From: the human T2T-CHM13v2.0 reference genome, Homo sapiens
Assembly: GCF_009914755.1 (NCBI RefSeq)
Contig: NC_060940.1
Reading direction: 5' to 3' (one strand)
DNA length: 64,000 nucleotides
A program made the position numbers and the translations under genes. The notes under the pieces are model-generated. The model saw nothing but the letters and a program-made list of their open reading frames with translations, did no database searches and was not told the DNA's origin. This document shows positions 41,601-57,800 of this stretch, in pieces; positions within the stretch are counted from its first letter, which is position 1, and every line of letters starts with the position of its first letter.

Positions 41601-44600
41601 GATTCCATTCGCTGATGTTTCCGTTCAATTCCATTCGATGATGATTCCATTCGATTCCATTCATTGAGGATTCCATTTGATTTCATTCAATGATGTTTCC
41701 GTTCTATTCCATTCAATGATTGCATTCAATTCCATTCAATGATTATCCCCTTAGAGTAAACTCAACGATTCCATTCAATACCATTCGATGATGATTCCTT
41801 TTGAGTCCATTCAATGATTTCATTCAAGTCCATTTGATGATTCCTTTCAATTCCATTCTATGATGATTCCATTCGAGTCCATTCGATGATTCCATTCGAT
41901 TGCATTCGATTATTCCATTATATTCCAGTCAACGATGATTCCATTCGAGTCCATTCGATGATTCCATTAGAGTACATTTAATGATTGCTTTGTTTTCAAT
42001 TCGAAGATGATTACATTGGATTCCATTCTATGATACCATTCGATTCCATTCAATGATGATTCCACTCAAATCCATTGGATGATTCCATTCGTGTCCATTC
42101 GGTGATTTCATTAGATTCCATTCGAGGATGATTCCATTCGATTCCATTCGATGATTCCATTCAATTCCATTCGATGATGATTCCATTCCAGTCCATATGA
42201 TCATTCCATTTGATTTCATTCGATGATGATTCCATTCGATTCCATTCGATGATTCCATTCTATTCCATTCGATGATGATTCCATTCGAGTCCATTCGATG
42301 ATTCCATTCGAGTCCATTTAATGATTCCATTGGGTTCAATTCAATGATGATTACATTGGATTCCGTTCTATGATTCCATTCAATTCCGTTCATTGACAAT
42401 TTGATTCCATTCGATGATGATTCCATTTGAGTTCATTCGATGATTCTATTCGATTCTCTTCGATGGTGATTCAATTCTATTATATTGGATGATTCCATTC
42501 GATTCCATTTGATGTTGATTCAATTCGATTCTATTCGATGATGATTCCATTGGATTTCACTTGATGATTCTATTCGATTCCATTCAATGATGATTCACTT
42601 CTCGTCCATTGGATGATTCCATTTCATTCCATTCGATGATGATTCCATTCGATTCCATTCGATGATTCCATTTGATTCCATGCGACGGTGAGCAATTCGA
42701 TTCAATTCCATGATGATTGTATTTGATTCAATTAGATGATGTTTCCATTCGAATCCATTCCACGATTATTCCATTGGAATCCATTTGGCGATGATTCCAT
42801 ATGAGTCAATTCAATGATGATTCCATATGCGTCCGTTCGATGATAATTCCATTTGATTTCATTCAATGCTTCTATTCTATTCCAGTCGATGATGATTCCG
42901 TTGGAGTCCATACGATGATTCCATTTGATTTCATTTGATGATGATTCCATTCGATGATGATTACATTGGATTCCATTCTATGATTCCATTCAATTCCATT
43001 CGTTGATGATTCGATTCCATTCAATGATGATTCCATTTGAGTTCATTCGATGATTCTATTCGATTCCGTTCGATGGTGATTCAATTCTCTTATATTGGAT
43101 GATTCCACTCGATTCCATTTGATGATTATTCCATTGGAGTCCACTTAGTGAATCCTTTAGATTCTACTCGAAGATGATTCCATTCGAGTCCATTCAATGA
43201 TACCATTCAATTTCATTCGTTGATGCTTCCATTCAAGTGCATTCGATGATATCATTCAATTCCATTTGATGATAATTCCATTTGATTCCATGCGATGATT
43301 CTATTCGATTCCATTCAATGATAATTCCATTCAATTCAGTGATTCCTCTGGACTCCATTTGATGATGATTCCATTCAATGATTCCATTCGATTCTATTCC
43401 AAAATGATTCCATTTGAATCCATTTGATGATGATTCCATTAGATTCCATTTGATGATTCCATTCGATTCCATTTGACGATGATTCCATTCGATTCCATTT
43501 GATGATTCCATTCTATTCTATTCGATGATGATTCCATTCGATTCCATTTGATGATGATTGGATTCGATTCCATTTGATGATTTCATTTGATTCCATTCGC
43601 TAATGATTTCGATCAACTCCATTCGTTGATTCCATTTGATTCCATTCGATAATGATTACATCCGAGTCCATTCGATGATTCCATTTGAGCCCGTTCGATA
43701 ATTCCATTTGAGTCCAATGAATGATTCCATTCATTTCCATTCAATGATTCCATTCGAGTCCATTTGATCATTCTGGTAGGGTCCGTTCGATGTTGATTCC
43801 ATTGGAGTGCATTCGATGATTCCATTCGAGTCCATTTTATGATTTGATTCGAGTCCTTTCGATGATTCCATTCGATTCCACTCGATGATGATTTCATTCG
43901 AGTCCATTCGACACTTCCAATCGATTCCATTTGATGTTTCCATTCGAGTCCAATTGATGATTCCATTCAATTCCATTCGATGATGATTCCGTACGATTCC
44001 ATTCTGTGATGATTCCATGTGATTGCATTCAATGATGATTCCTTTCGACTGCATTCGATTATGATTCATTTCGTGTTCATTCTATGGTTCCACAGGTTTC
44101 CATTCGATGACGTTTCCGTTCGTGTCCATTCCATTATTCCATTCTATTTCATTTGATGATGATTCCATTCGATTCCATTCATTGGTGATTCCACTCAATT
44201 CCATTCAATGATTCCATTCCATTTCTTTCAACAATAATTCCATTACTTTCTATTCGATGATCCACTTGATTCCATTTGGCGATGATTCCATTCGTGTCCA
44301 TTCGATGATTCCATTTGATTCCATATGATGATGATTCCATTCGATTCCATACCATGATGATTCCATTCGAGTCCATTCAATGGTGATTCCATTCAATTCC
44401 ATTCGATGATTCCTTCCGATTCCATTCGATGATGATGGCATTCGATTCCTTTCAATCATTCCCTTTGATTCCATTCAAAGGTGATTTCATTCAAGTCCAT
44501 TCGATAATTGCATTCGATTCCATTCTATGATGATTCCATTCGAGTCCATTTGATGATTCCATTCAATTCAAGTCAATGATGATTCCATTCGATTCCACTC

Positions 44601-44812
44601 GATGATTCCATTGGATTCCATTCGATGATGATTCCATTCAAATCCATTCGATAATTCAATTCAAGTCCATTCGATGATGATTCCAATCGAATCCATTCAA
44701 AGATTCCATTCAATTCCATTCGATGATGATTCCCTTAGATTCCATTCGATGATTCCACTTGATTCCATTTACGATGATTCCATTCGATTCCATGTGATGA
44801 ATCCATTCAATT
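38682..44812 (+). repeat. 6.1-kb higher-order unit, most complete copy (6,131 bp = 6,112 + 16 + 3)
   Basis: Landmark 38682->44813. It carries an extra 16-mer (CGATGACGTTTCCGTT, ~44105) and an extra GAT (~44725) relative to copy 1. Confidence 0.85.
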
Positions 44813-46349
44813 CTATTCAATGATGTTTCCATTTGATTCCATTGGACCATGATTGCCTTTGATTCCATTCAATGATTCCATTCGGTTCCATTTGATGATG
44901 ATTCCGTTCGATTCCATTTCATTATTCCATTTGATTCCATTGGATGAGTCCATTCGATTACATTCGATGATTATTCCATTCGAGTGCATTAGATGATTGC
45001 ATTCGAGTCCATTCGATGATTCCATTCGATTCCATTCGATGTTGATTCTGTTCAAATCCATTCGATGATTCCACTTGATTCCATTCGATGACTCCATTTG
45101 ATCCCATTCGATGATTTCCTGTGATTCCCTTTGATGATCATTCTATTTGATTCAATTCGGTGATTTCATTTCATTCCATTCAGTGATGTTTCCATTCGAC
45201 TGTATTCGATGATGATTCCATTCGACTCCATTCGATTATGATTTCATTCAATTCCATTCAATAATGATTCCCTTCGAGTCCATTCGATGATTCCATTCGA
45301 TTCCATTCAACGATGATTTGATTCGTTTCCATTCGATGATTCCATTTGATTCCACTTGATGATGATTCCATTCGAGTCCATTTGATGATTCCATTCGAGT
45401 CTATTTATGTATTATATTCGTGTCCACTTCATGATTCCATTCAATTCCATTTAATGTTGATTCCATTTGATTCCATTTGATGATTCAGTTCGATTCCTTG
45501 CAATGATTCCCTACGATTCCTTTCTATGATGATTCCATTCGATTCCATTCATTGATGATTTCATTCGACTCCATTCGATGATGATTCCTTTCGATTCCAT
45601 TTGACGATGTTTCCATTCGAGTCCATTCGATGATGATTCTATTCAATTCTGTTCTATTATGATTCCATTCGATTTCATTCAATGCTTCTATTTGATTCCA
45701 TTCGATGATGATTCCATCTCTTTCCCTTCGATGATTCCATTTGATTCCATTCAGTGATGATTCCATTTGATTCCATCTGATGATGATTTCACTTGATTCC
45801 TTTCAATGATGATTCAATTCAAGTCCATTCTATGACTCCATTGGAGTCCAAACGATCATTCCGTTCGATTCCATTCAATGGTGATTCCATTCATGTCCAT
45901 TCGATGAATCCATTCAATTCCATTCGATGATGACTCCATTCGAGTACATTCGATGATTCCATTTGATTCCATTTGAAGATGATTCCATTCAATTCCATTC
46001 GAAGATGATTCCATTCAATTCCATTCGATGATGATTCCGTATGAATCCATTCTCTGATTATTCCATTAGATTCCATTCATTGACGATTCCATTCAATTCC
46101 ATTCAATGATGATTCTCTTCTATTCCATTCGATGATTCCGGTCGATTCCATTCGATGATGATTCCATTAGATTCCATTCGATTGTTGCATTCGATTCCCT
46201 TCGATGATGATTCCTTTGAATTCCATTCGATTATCATTCCGTATGAATCCATTTGATGATTATTCCATTGGATTCCTTTCGATGATGATTCCGTTCGATT
46301 CCATTTGATGATTCCATTGGATTCCATTGGATGAGTCCATTCGATTACA

Positions 46350-49300
46350 TTCGATGTTGATTCTGTTCAAATCCATTCGATGATTCCACTCGATTCCATT
46401 CGATGACTCCATTTGATCCCATTCGATGATTTCCTTTGATTCCCTTTGATGATCATTCCATTTGATTCAATTCGGTGATTTCATTTGATTCCATTCAGTG
46501 ATGTTTCCATTCGACTCCATTCGATGATGATTCCATTCGACTACATTCGATTATGATTTCATTCAATTCCATTCGATAAAGATTCCCTTCGAGTCCAATC
46601 GATGATTCCATTCGATTCCATTCAACGATGATTTGATTCGTGTCCATTCGATGATTCCATTTGATTCCACTTGATGAGGATTCCATTCGAGTCCATTTGA
46701 TGATTCCATTCAATTCCATTCTCCGATGATTTCTTTTGAGCCCATTCAATGCTTCCACTCGATTACATATGATGATGACTCCATTCGATGAAACTCGATG
46801 ATGATTCCATTCGCTTGCATTCGATGATGATTCCACTTGAGTCCGTTAGAAGATTCTATTCAATTACATTCCATGACGATTCCGTTCGAGTCCATTTGAT
46901 GATTCCATTACACTCCATTCGACAATGATTCCATTCAATGTTATTCGATGATTCCATTCGATCTCATTCGATGATGATTCCATTCAACTCCATTCGATGT
47001 TTCCATTCGAGTTCATTCTATTATTCCATTAGATTCCATTCGATGATGATTCCATTCGATTCCATTTGATGATTGCATTCTATTTCATTTGATGATGATT
47101 CCATTCGAGTCCATTCGATGATTCCATTCGAGTCCATTTAATGAATCCATTGGTTTCAATTCTATGATGATTATATTGGATTCCATTCGTTGATGATTTC
47201 ATTCGATTCCATTCAATGATGATTCCATTCAATTCCATTCAATGATTCCATTCAATTCCATACGATGATGATTCCATTTGATTTGATTCGACAGTGAGCC
47301 ATTCGATTCAATTCCATGATGATTCTATTTGATTCACTTGGTTGACATTTCTATTCGGTTCCATTCGATGATGATTCCATTTGATTCCATTCAAAGATGA
47401 TTCCATTCTAGCCCATTCAATCATTCCATTCGATTCTATTCAATGATGATTCCATTCATGTCGATTTGGTGATTCCATTTGACTTCATTTGATGATGATT
47501 CCTTTCAAGTTCATTAGATGATTCCATTCGATTCCATTTGATGATGATCCCATTGGAGTCCATTCAGTGATTCCACTCGTTTCCATTCCATGATGATTCC
47601 ATTCCATTCCATTCAATGATTCCATTCGATTCCGTTTGATGATGATTTCATTCGAGTCCATTTGATGATTCCATTTGATTCCATTCGATGATGATTCCAT
47701 TCGAGTCCATTCGATGATTCTATTCGAATCCATTTGATGATTTCTTTTGATTATATTTGGTGATGATTCCATTGGAGTCCATTCAATGATTCCATTCTAT
47801 TCCAATCGATGATGATTCCATTAGAGTCCATTTAATGATTCCATTTGATTCCAGTCTCTGATGTTTACATTCGAGTCCATACGATGATTCCACTCAATTC
47901 CATATGATGATGATTCCATTCGATTCCATTCGATGATTCCATTCTATTCTATTCAATGGTGATTCCATTCGAGTACATTAGATGATTCCATTCGATTCCA
48001 TTCAATGATGATTCTACTTGTGTCCCTTAGATGATTCCACATGATTCCATTAGATGATGATACTATTTGAGCCCATCCAATGATTCCCTTCGATTCCATT
48101 CGATGAGGATTCCATTCGATTCAATTCATTGGTGATTCTATTCAATTCAATTCTTTGATTCAATTCCATTCCATTCGACAATGATTCCATTCGATTTCTT
48201 TCGATGATTCCACTCAATTTCACTTGACATTGATTCCATTCGATTCCATTCAATGATTCCATTTGATTCCAGTGGATGATGATTGCCGTCGATTCCATTC
48301 GATCACTCCATTCTGTTCCATTTGATGATGATTACATTCGATTCCATTTGATGATTCCATCTGATTCTATTCGAGGATTCCATTTGATTCCATTCAATGA
48401 TGATTCCATTCGATTCCATTCGATGGTTTCATTCGAGTACATCCAATGATTCCATTCGAGTCCATTTGATGATTCCATTTCATTCCATTTGATTATGATT
48501 CTACTAGAGTCCATTCAATGACTCCATTCGAGTCCATTCAACAGTTCCATCCGAGTCCATTCGATGATTCCATTCGATTCCATTTGATGATTCCATTCGA
48601 GTCCATTTAATCATTACAGTCGAGTCCATTTGGTGATTCCACTGGATTTCTTTTGATAATGATACCATTCAATTACATTTGATGATGATCCCATTCAATT
48701 TCATTTGATGATGATTCCATTAGTGTCCATTCCATGATTTCATTCGAGTCCCTTCATTGATTCCATCCGATTTCATTTCATGATGACTCCATTCGAGTCC
48801 ATTCGATGATTCCACTCGATTCCTTTAGATGATTCCATTGGAGTCCATTTGATTGTTCCATTCGATTCCATTCGATTCCTTTCGAAGATTATTCCATTTG
48901 AGTCCATTCGATGATGATTCCATTCCATTCCATTCGATGATTCCGTTTGATTCCATTCGATGATTCCCTGCGATTCCTTTCTATGATGATTCCATTCCAT
49001 TCCATTCAATGATTCCATTCGAATGTATTCCATGATGATTCCTTTCGATTCCATTCGCTGATGTTTCCGTTCAATTCCATTCGATGATGATTCCATTCGA
49101 TTCCATTCATTGAGGATTCCATTGGATTCCATTCAATGATGATTCCATTCTATTCCATTCAATGATTGCATTCAATTCCATTCAATGATTATGCCATTAG
49201 AGTAAATTCAACGATTCCATTCAATACCATTCGATGATGATTCCTTTTGAGTCCATTCAATGATTTCATTCAAGTCCATTTGATGATTCCTTTCAATTCC

Positions 49301-52300
49301 ATTCCATGATGATTCCATTCGAGTCCATTCGATGATTCCATTCGATTGCATTCGATGATTCCATTATATTCCATTCAACGATGATTCCATTCGAGTCCAT
49401 TCGATGATTCCATTAGAGTACATTTAATGATTGCTTTGTTTTCAATTCGAAGATGATTACATTGGATTCCATTCTATGATTCCATTCGATTGCATTCATT
49501 GATGATTCCACCCAATTCCATTCGATGATGATTCCATTCGATTTCAATGATTCTACTCGATTCCATTCAATGATGATTCAATTCTATTCCGTTTGATGAT
49601 TCCATTAGATTCCATTCTATGATGATTCCATTCGAGTCCATTCGAAGATTTCATTCGATTACATTCCATGACGATTCCATTCGAGTCCATTCGATGATTC
49701 CATTTGAATCCATTCGACGATGATTCCATTTGATGCTATTCGATGATTCCATTGGATTCCATTCGATGATGATTCCATTCGACTTGATTTGATGTTTCTA
49801 TTTGAGTCCATTCGGTTATTTTATTAGACTACATTCGATGATGATTCCATTCGATGCCATTCAATGATTCCATTTGATTCCACTCAATGATGATTGCATT
49901 CGTGTCCATTCGATGATTCCATTTGGTTCCATTTGATGATGATTCCATTCGAGTCCATTCGATGATACCATTCAATTCCATTCGATGATCATTCCATTCG
50001 AATCCATTTGATGATTCCACTCAATTCCATTTGATGACTCCTTTCATTCCCATTCGATGATTCCCTTCAGTTCCAATTGGATGATCTTTCCATTTGATTC
50101 AATATGGTGACTCCATTCTATTATATTCAATGATGATTCCATTCGACTCCATTAGATGATGACTCCATTCCATTCCATTCGATTGTGATTTCATTCGATT
50201 CCATTCGAAGATGATTCCATTCGAGTCCATTTGATGATTCCATTCGATTCCATTCAATGATGATTCCACTCAAATCCATTGGATGATTCCATTCGTTTCC
50301 AATTGGTGATTTCATTAGATTCCATTCGAGGATGATTCTATTCGAGTCCATTCAATGATTCCATTGGATTCCGTTTGATAATGATTCCATTAGAGTTCAT
50401 TCGATGATTCCCTTCGAGTCCATTCGATTATTTCTTTTGATTCCATTTGATGATGATTCCATTCGATTCCATTCAATGATTCCATTCCATTCCATTCGAT
50501 GATGATTCCATTCGATAATGATTACATTCGAGCCCATGTGATGATTCCATTAGATTCTATTCAATGATGATTCCATTCGACCACATTCGATGATGGCATT
50601 CGAGTCCATTCGATGATTTCACTCGATTCCACTTGATGATGATTCCTTTTGAGTCCATTTGATGATTACATTCGAGTCCATGAGATGACTCCATTCGATT
50701 CCATTTCATGATGATGCAATTCGAGGCTATTCGATCATCCCATTTTAGTGCATTCGGTGATTCTCTTTTATTACATTCGATGAGGGCTCCATTCGAGTCC
50801 ATTCAATGATTCCATTAGATTCCACTCGATGATGATTCCATTTGAGTCCATTCAAAGATTCCTTTCGAGTCCATTCGATAATTCTATTGGATTCCACTAG
50901 GTGATGATTCCTTTCGAGTCAATTCGATGATTCCTTTCAAGTGCCTTCAATGATTCCATTCGATTCCATTCGATGACGATTCATTTCAAGTCCATTCAAT
51001 GGTTCCATTCTGTTGAATTTGATGGTTCCATTTGATTCCATTCGATGATGATTCCATTCGTGTCCATTGGATGATTCCATTCGATTCCTTTCGAGGAAGA
51101 TTCCATTCGACTCCATTCGATGATTCCGTTCGATTCCATTCCATGATGATTCCATTTGATTCCATTCCATGATTCCATTCGATACCATTCGATGATGATT
51201 CCATTCGACTCCATTTGATGAATCCATTCAATGCTTCCATTCGAGTCCATTCGATGATTCCATTCGATTCCATTCCATGAAGATTCCATTCGAGTACATT
51301 TGATGATTCCATTTAATTCCATAGGATGATGATTCTATTAGGGTCCGTTGACTATTCCATTCAATTCCATTCGAAGATTCCATTCGAGTCCACTCGATGA
51401 TTCTATTTGATTCCATTTGATAATTCCATTCGATTCCATTTGATGTTGATTCCATTCGAGTCCATTCGATCATTATTACATTTGATTCTATTCGATGATT
51501 CCATTCGATTCCATTTGATGAGGATTCCATTCGAGACCATTTGATGATTCCATTCAATTCCATTGGATGATTCCAATATTTTCCATTAGATGATGATTCC
51601 ATTCGATTCCATTCAATGATGATTCCATCAGAATCCATTCGATGATGACTCCTTTTGCTTCCATTCAATGATCATTACATTCGGTTCCATTCGATGATGA
51701 TTCCTTTGGATTCCATTCGATGATGCTTCCATTCGATTCCATTTGATGATGATTCTTTTCGATTCCATTTGATGATGATTCCATTTGATTCCATTCGATG
51801 GTGATTCCATTTGATGATTCCATTCGATTGTATTCGATGATGATTCCACTCGATTCTATTTGATGATGACTGCATTCGATTCCATTTGATGATTCCATTT
51901 GATTCCATTCGATGATGATTCTGATCAATTGCATTCGATGATCCATTCGATTCCATTTGATGGTTCCATTTGATTCCATTTGATAATGATTCCTTTCGAG
52001 TCCATTCGATGATTCCATTTGCGGATATTCGATAATTCCATTTGAGTCCAACCGATGATTCCATTCGAGGCCATTCAATCATTCTTTTTGAGTCCTTTCG
52101 ATAAAGATTCCATTTTAGTCCATTCAATAATTCCACTGGAGTCCATTCGATGATTGCTTTTAATTCCATTCGATGATATTCCATTCGAGTCCATTCGATG
52201 ATTCCATTCGTTGCTATTAGATGATGATTCCATTCATGACCATTTGGTGATTCCATTCGATTTCATTCGTTGATGATTCCATTCGAGTCCATTCCATGAT

Positions 52301-54870
52301 TCCATTCAAGTCCATTTGATGATTTCTTTGAATTCAATTCGATGATGATTCCATTCGAGTCCATTCGATGATTCCATTCAGTTCCATTCGATGATGATTC
52401 CTTTCGAGACCATATGATGATTCCATTTGATTTCATTCGATGATGATTCCATTCGATTCCATTCGATGATTCCATTCTATTCCATTCGATGATGATTCCA
52501 TTCGAGTCCATTTAATGATTCCATTGGGTTCAATTCAATGATGATTACATTGGATTCTCTTCTATGATACCATTCAATTCCGTTCATTGACAATTTGATT
52601 CCATTCGATGATGATTCCATTTGAGTTCATTCGATGATTCTATTCGATTCTCTTCGATGGTGATTCAATTCTATTATATTGGATGATTCCATTCGATTCC
52701 ATTTGATGTTGATTCAATTCGATTCTATTCGATGATGATTCCATTGGATTTCATTTGATGATTCTATTCGATTCCATTCAATGATGATTCACTTCTCGTC
52801 CATTGGATGATTCCATTTCATTCCATTCGATGATGATTCCATTCGATTCCATTCGATGATTCCATTTGATTCCATTCGACGGTGAGCAATTCGATTCAAT
52901 TCCATGATGATTCTATTTGATTCAGTTAGATGATGTTTCCATTCGAATCCATTCCATGATTATTCCATTGGAATCCATTCGGCGATGATTCCATATGAGT
53001 CAATTCAATGATGCTTCCATATGGGTCAGTTCGATGATAATTCCATTTGATTTCATTCGATGCTTCTATTCAATTCCAGTCGATGATGATTCCGTTGGAG
53101 TCCATACGATGACTCCATTTGATTTCATTTGATGATGATTCCATTCGATTCCATTCGATGACTCCATTCTGTTCCATTCGATGATGATTCCATTCGAGTC
53201 CATTCGATGATTCCATTCGAGTCCATTTCATGATTCCATTGGGTTCAATTCGATGATGATTACACTGGATTCCATTCTATGATTCCATTCAATTCCATTC
53301 GTTGATGATTCGATTCCATTCAATGATGATTCCATTTGAGTTCATTCGATGATTCTATTCGATTCCGTTCGATGGTGATTCAATTCTATTATATTGGATG
53401 ATTCCATTCGATTCCATTTGATGATGATTCCATTCGATTCCATTCGATGATGATTCCATTTGATTCCATTTGATGTTGATTCTATTCGATTCTATTCAAT
53501 GATGATTCCATTCGATTTCATTTGATGATTCTATTCGATTCCTTTCGATGATTCTATTCCATTCCATTCGATGATGATTCAATTCTCTTCCATTGGATGA
53601 TTCCATTTTATTCCATTCGACGATGACTCCATTTGATTCCATTCAATGATGATTCCATTCGATTCCATTCGGTGATTCCATTTGATTCCATTCGACGGTG
53701 AGCAATTTGATTCAATTCCATAATGATTCTATTTGATTCAATTAGATGATGTTTCCATTCGAATCCATTCGGTGATGATTCCATTGGTATCCATTCGGCG
53801 ATGATTCCATATGAGTCAATTCGATGATGATTCCATACGAGTCCGTTGGATGATAATTCCATTTGATTTCATTCAATCCTTCTATTCGATTCCATTTGAT
53901 GATGATTCCATCTGAATCCATTCTCCGATTCCATTCGATTTCATTCGATGCTTCTATTTGATTTCATTCGAAGATGATTCCTTTCAATTCCGTTCATTAA
54001 TTCCATTTGATTCCATTCGATGATGATTCCATCCGATTCCATTGGATGATGATTCCATTCGAGTCCATTCGATGATTCCGTTCTAATCCATTCTATGATT
54101 CCATTCGAGTCCATTCGATGATTCCATTCGATTCCATTCAGTGATGATTCCATTTGATTCCATCTGATGATGATTTCATTTGATTCCATTCGATGATGAT
54201 TCCATTGGAGTCCATTGAATGATTCAATTCAATTCCATTCCATGTGGATTCCATTCGAATTCATTCGATTATTCCATTCAAATCCCTTCGTTGATTCCAT
54301 CTGATTCCACTTGACGATGATTCCATTCAAGTCCAATCGATGATTCCATTCGGTTCCATTCAATGATTCCATTCGAGTCCATTTATGTATTATATTCGTG
54401 TCCACTTGATGACTCCATTCAATTCCATTTAATGATGATTCCATTTGATTCCATTTGATGATTCAGTTCGATTCCTTACAATGATTCCCTACGATTCCTT
54501 TCTATGATGATTCCATTCGACTCCATTCATTGATGATTCCATTCGACTCCATTCAATGATGATTCCTTTCGATTCCATTTGACGATGTTTCCATTTGAGT
54601 CCATTCGATGATGATTCCATTGGTATCCATTCGACGATGATTCCATATGAGTCAATTCGATGATGATTCCATACGAGTCCGTTGGATGATAATTCCATTT
54701 GATTTCATTCAATCCTTCTATTCGATTCCATTTGATGATGATTCCATCTGAATCCATTCTCCGATTCCATTCGATTTCATTCGATGCTTCTATTTGATTT
54801 CATTCGAAGATGATTCCTTTCAATTCCATTCATTAATTCCATTTGATTCCATTCGATGATGATTCCATCC
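46350..54870 (+). repeat. Second long-form block (lineage Y), including the 732-bp module
   Basis: Matches ~10.9-14.07 kb at offset 35,443 and ~14.09-18.7 kb at offset 36,175. ORF translations at 14382-16336 and 50557-52511 are identical. Confidence 0.85.
49520..50250 (+). repeat. 732-bp optional module (second copy at ~59424-60130)
   Basis: Contains TCGGTTATTTTATTAGACTAC and CCTTTCATTCCCATTCG, and recurs at +9,904 bp. It is absent at the homologous sites ~14080, ~3850, ~30780, ~42050 and ~63010. Confidence 0.8.
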
Positions 54871-57800
54871 GATTCCATTCGATGATGATTGGATTCGATT
54901 CCATTTGATGATTTCATTTGATTCCATTCGATGATGATTTCGATCAATTCCATTCGATGATTCCATTCGATTCCATTTGATAATGATTACATCCGAGTCC
55001 ATTCGATGATTCCATTTGAGCCCGTTCGATAATTCCATTTGAGTCCAATCAATGATTCCATTCATTTCCATTCAATGATTCCATTCGAGTCCATTTGATC
55101 ACTCCGGTAGTGTCCGTTCGATGTTGATTCCATTGGAGTGCATTCGATGATTCCATTCGAGTCCATTTTAGGATTTGATTCGAGTCCTTTCGATGATTCC
55201 ATTCGATTCCACTCGATGCGATGATGATTTCATTCGAGTCCATTCGACACTTCCAATCGATTCCATTTGATGTTTCCATTCGAGTCCAATTGATGATTCC
55301 ATTCAATTCCATTCGATGATGATTCCGTACGATTCCATTCTGTGATGATTCCATGTGATTGCATTCAATGATGATTCCTTTCGATTGCATTCGATTATGA
55401 TTCATTTCGTGTTCATTCTATGGTTCCACAGGTTTCACATCGTGTCCATTCCATTATTCCATTCTATTCCATTTGATGATGATTCCATTCGATTCCATTC
55501 ATTGGTGATTCCACTCAATTCCATTCAATGATTCCATTCCATTTCTTTCAACAATGATTCCATTAGTTTCTAATCGATGATCCACTTGATTCCATTTGAC
55601 GATGATTCCATTCTTGTCCATTCGATGATTCCATTTGATTCCATATGATGATGATTCCATTCGATTCCATATGATGATGATGCCATTCGAGTCCATTCAA
55701 TGGTGATTCCATTCAATTCCATTCGGTGATTCCTTTCGATTCCATTTGATGATGATGGCATTCGATTCCTTTCAATCATTCCCTTTGATTCCACTCAAAG
55801 TTGATTTCATTCAAGTCCATTCGATAATTGCATTCGATTCCATTCTATGATGATTCCATTCGAGTCCATTTGATGATTCCATTCAATTCAAGTCAATGAT
55901 GATTCCATTCGATTCCATTCGATGATTCCATTGGATTCCATTCGATGATGATTCCATTCAAATCCATTCGATAATTCAATTCACGTCCATTCGATGATGA
56001 TTCCAATCGAATCCATTCAAAGATTCCATTCAATTCCATTCGATGATTCCCTTAGATTCCATTCGATGATTCCACTTGATTCCATTTACGATGATTCCAT
56101 TCGATTCCATGTGATGATTCCATTCAATTCTATTCAATGATGTTTCCATTTGATTCCATTCGACCATGATTGCCTTTGATTCCATTCAATGATTCCATTC
56201 GGTTCCGTTTGATGATGATTCCGTTCGATTCCATTTGATGATTCCATTTGATTCCATTGGATGAGTCCATTCGATTACATTCGATGATTATTCCATTCGA
56301 GTGCATTAGATGATTCCATTCGAGTCCATTCGATGATTCCATTCGAGTCCATTCGATGATTCCATTCGATTCCATTCGATGTTGATTCTGTTCAAATCCA
56401 TTCGATGATTCCACTCGATTCCATTCGATGACTCCATTTGATCCCATTCGATGATTTCCTTTGATTCCCTTTGATGATCATTCCATTTGATTCAATTCGG
56501 TGATTTCATTGGATTCCATTCAGTGATGTTTCCATTCGACTCCATTCGATGATGATTCCATTCGACTACATTCGATTATGATTTCATTCAATTCCATTCG
56601 ATAAAGATTCCCTTCGAGTCCAATCGATGATTCCATTCGATTCCATTCAACGATGATTTGATTCGTGTCCATTCGATGATTCCATTTGATTCCACTTGAT
56701 GAGGATTCCATTCGAGTCCATTTGATGATTCCATTCAATTCCATTCTCCGATGATTTCTTTTGAGCCCACTCAATGCTTCCACTCGATTCCATATGATGA
56801 TGACTCCATTCGATGAAATTCGATGATGATTCCATTCGCTTGCATTCGATGATGATTCCACTTGAGTCCATTAGAAGATTCTATTCAATTACATTCCATG
56901 ACGATTCCGTTCGAGTCCATTTGATGATTCCATTAGACTCCATTCGACGATGATTCCATTCGATGTTATTCGATGATTCCATTCGATCTCATTCGATGAT
57001 GATTCCATTCAACTCCATTCGATGTTTCCATTCGAGTTCATTCTATTATTCCATTAGATTCCATTCGATGATGATTCCATTCGATTCCATTTGATGATTG
57101 CATTCTATTTCATTTGATGATGATTCCATTCGAGTCCACTCGATGATTCCATTCGAGTCCATTTAATGAATCCATTGGTTTCAATTCTATGATGATTACA
57201 TTGGATTCCATTCGTTGATGATTTCATTCGGTTCCATTCAATGATGATTCCATTCAATTCCTTTCAATGTTTCCATTCAATTCCATACGATGATGATTCC
57301 ATTTGATTTGATTCGACAGTGAGCCATTCGATTCAATTCCATGATGATTCTATTTGATTCCATTGGTTGACGTTTCCATTCGATTCCATTCGATGATGAT
57401 TCCCTTTGATTCCATTCAAAGATGATTCCATTCTAGCCCATTCAATCATTCCATTCGATTCTATTCAATGATGATTCCATTCATGTCGATTTGGTGATTC
57501 CATTTGACTTCATTTGATGATGATTCCTTTCAAGTTCATTAGATGATTCCATTCGATTCCATTTGATGATGATCCCATTCGAGTCCATTCAGTGATTCCA
57601 CTCGTTTCCATTCCATGATGATTCCATTCCATTCCATTCAATGATTCCATTCGATTCCGTTTGATGATGATTTCATTCGAGTCCATTCAATGATTCCATT
57701 CGATTCCAATCGATGGTGGTTCCATTAGAGTCCATTTAATGATTCCATTTGATTCCAGTCTCTGATGTTTACATTCGAGTCCATACGATGATTCCACTAA

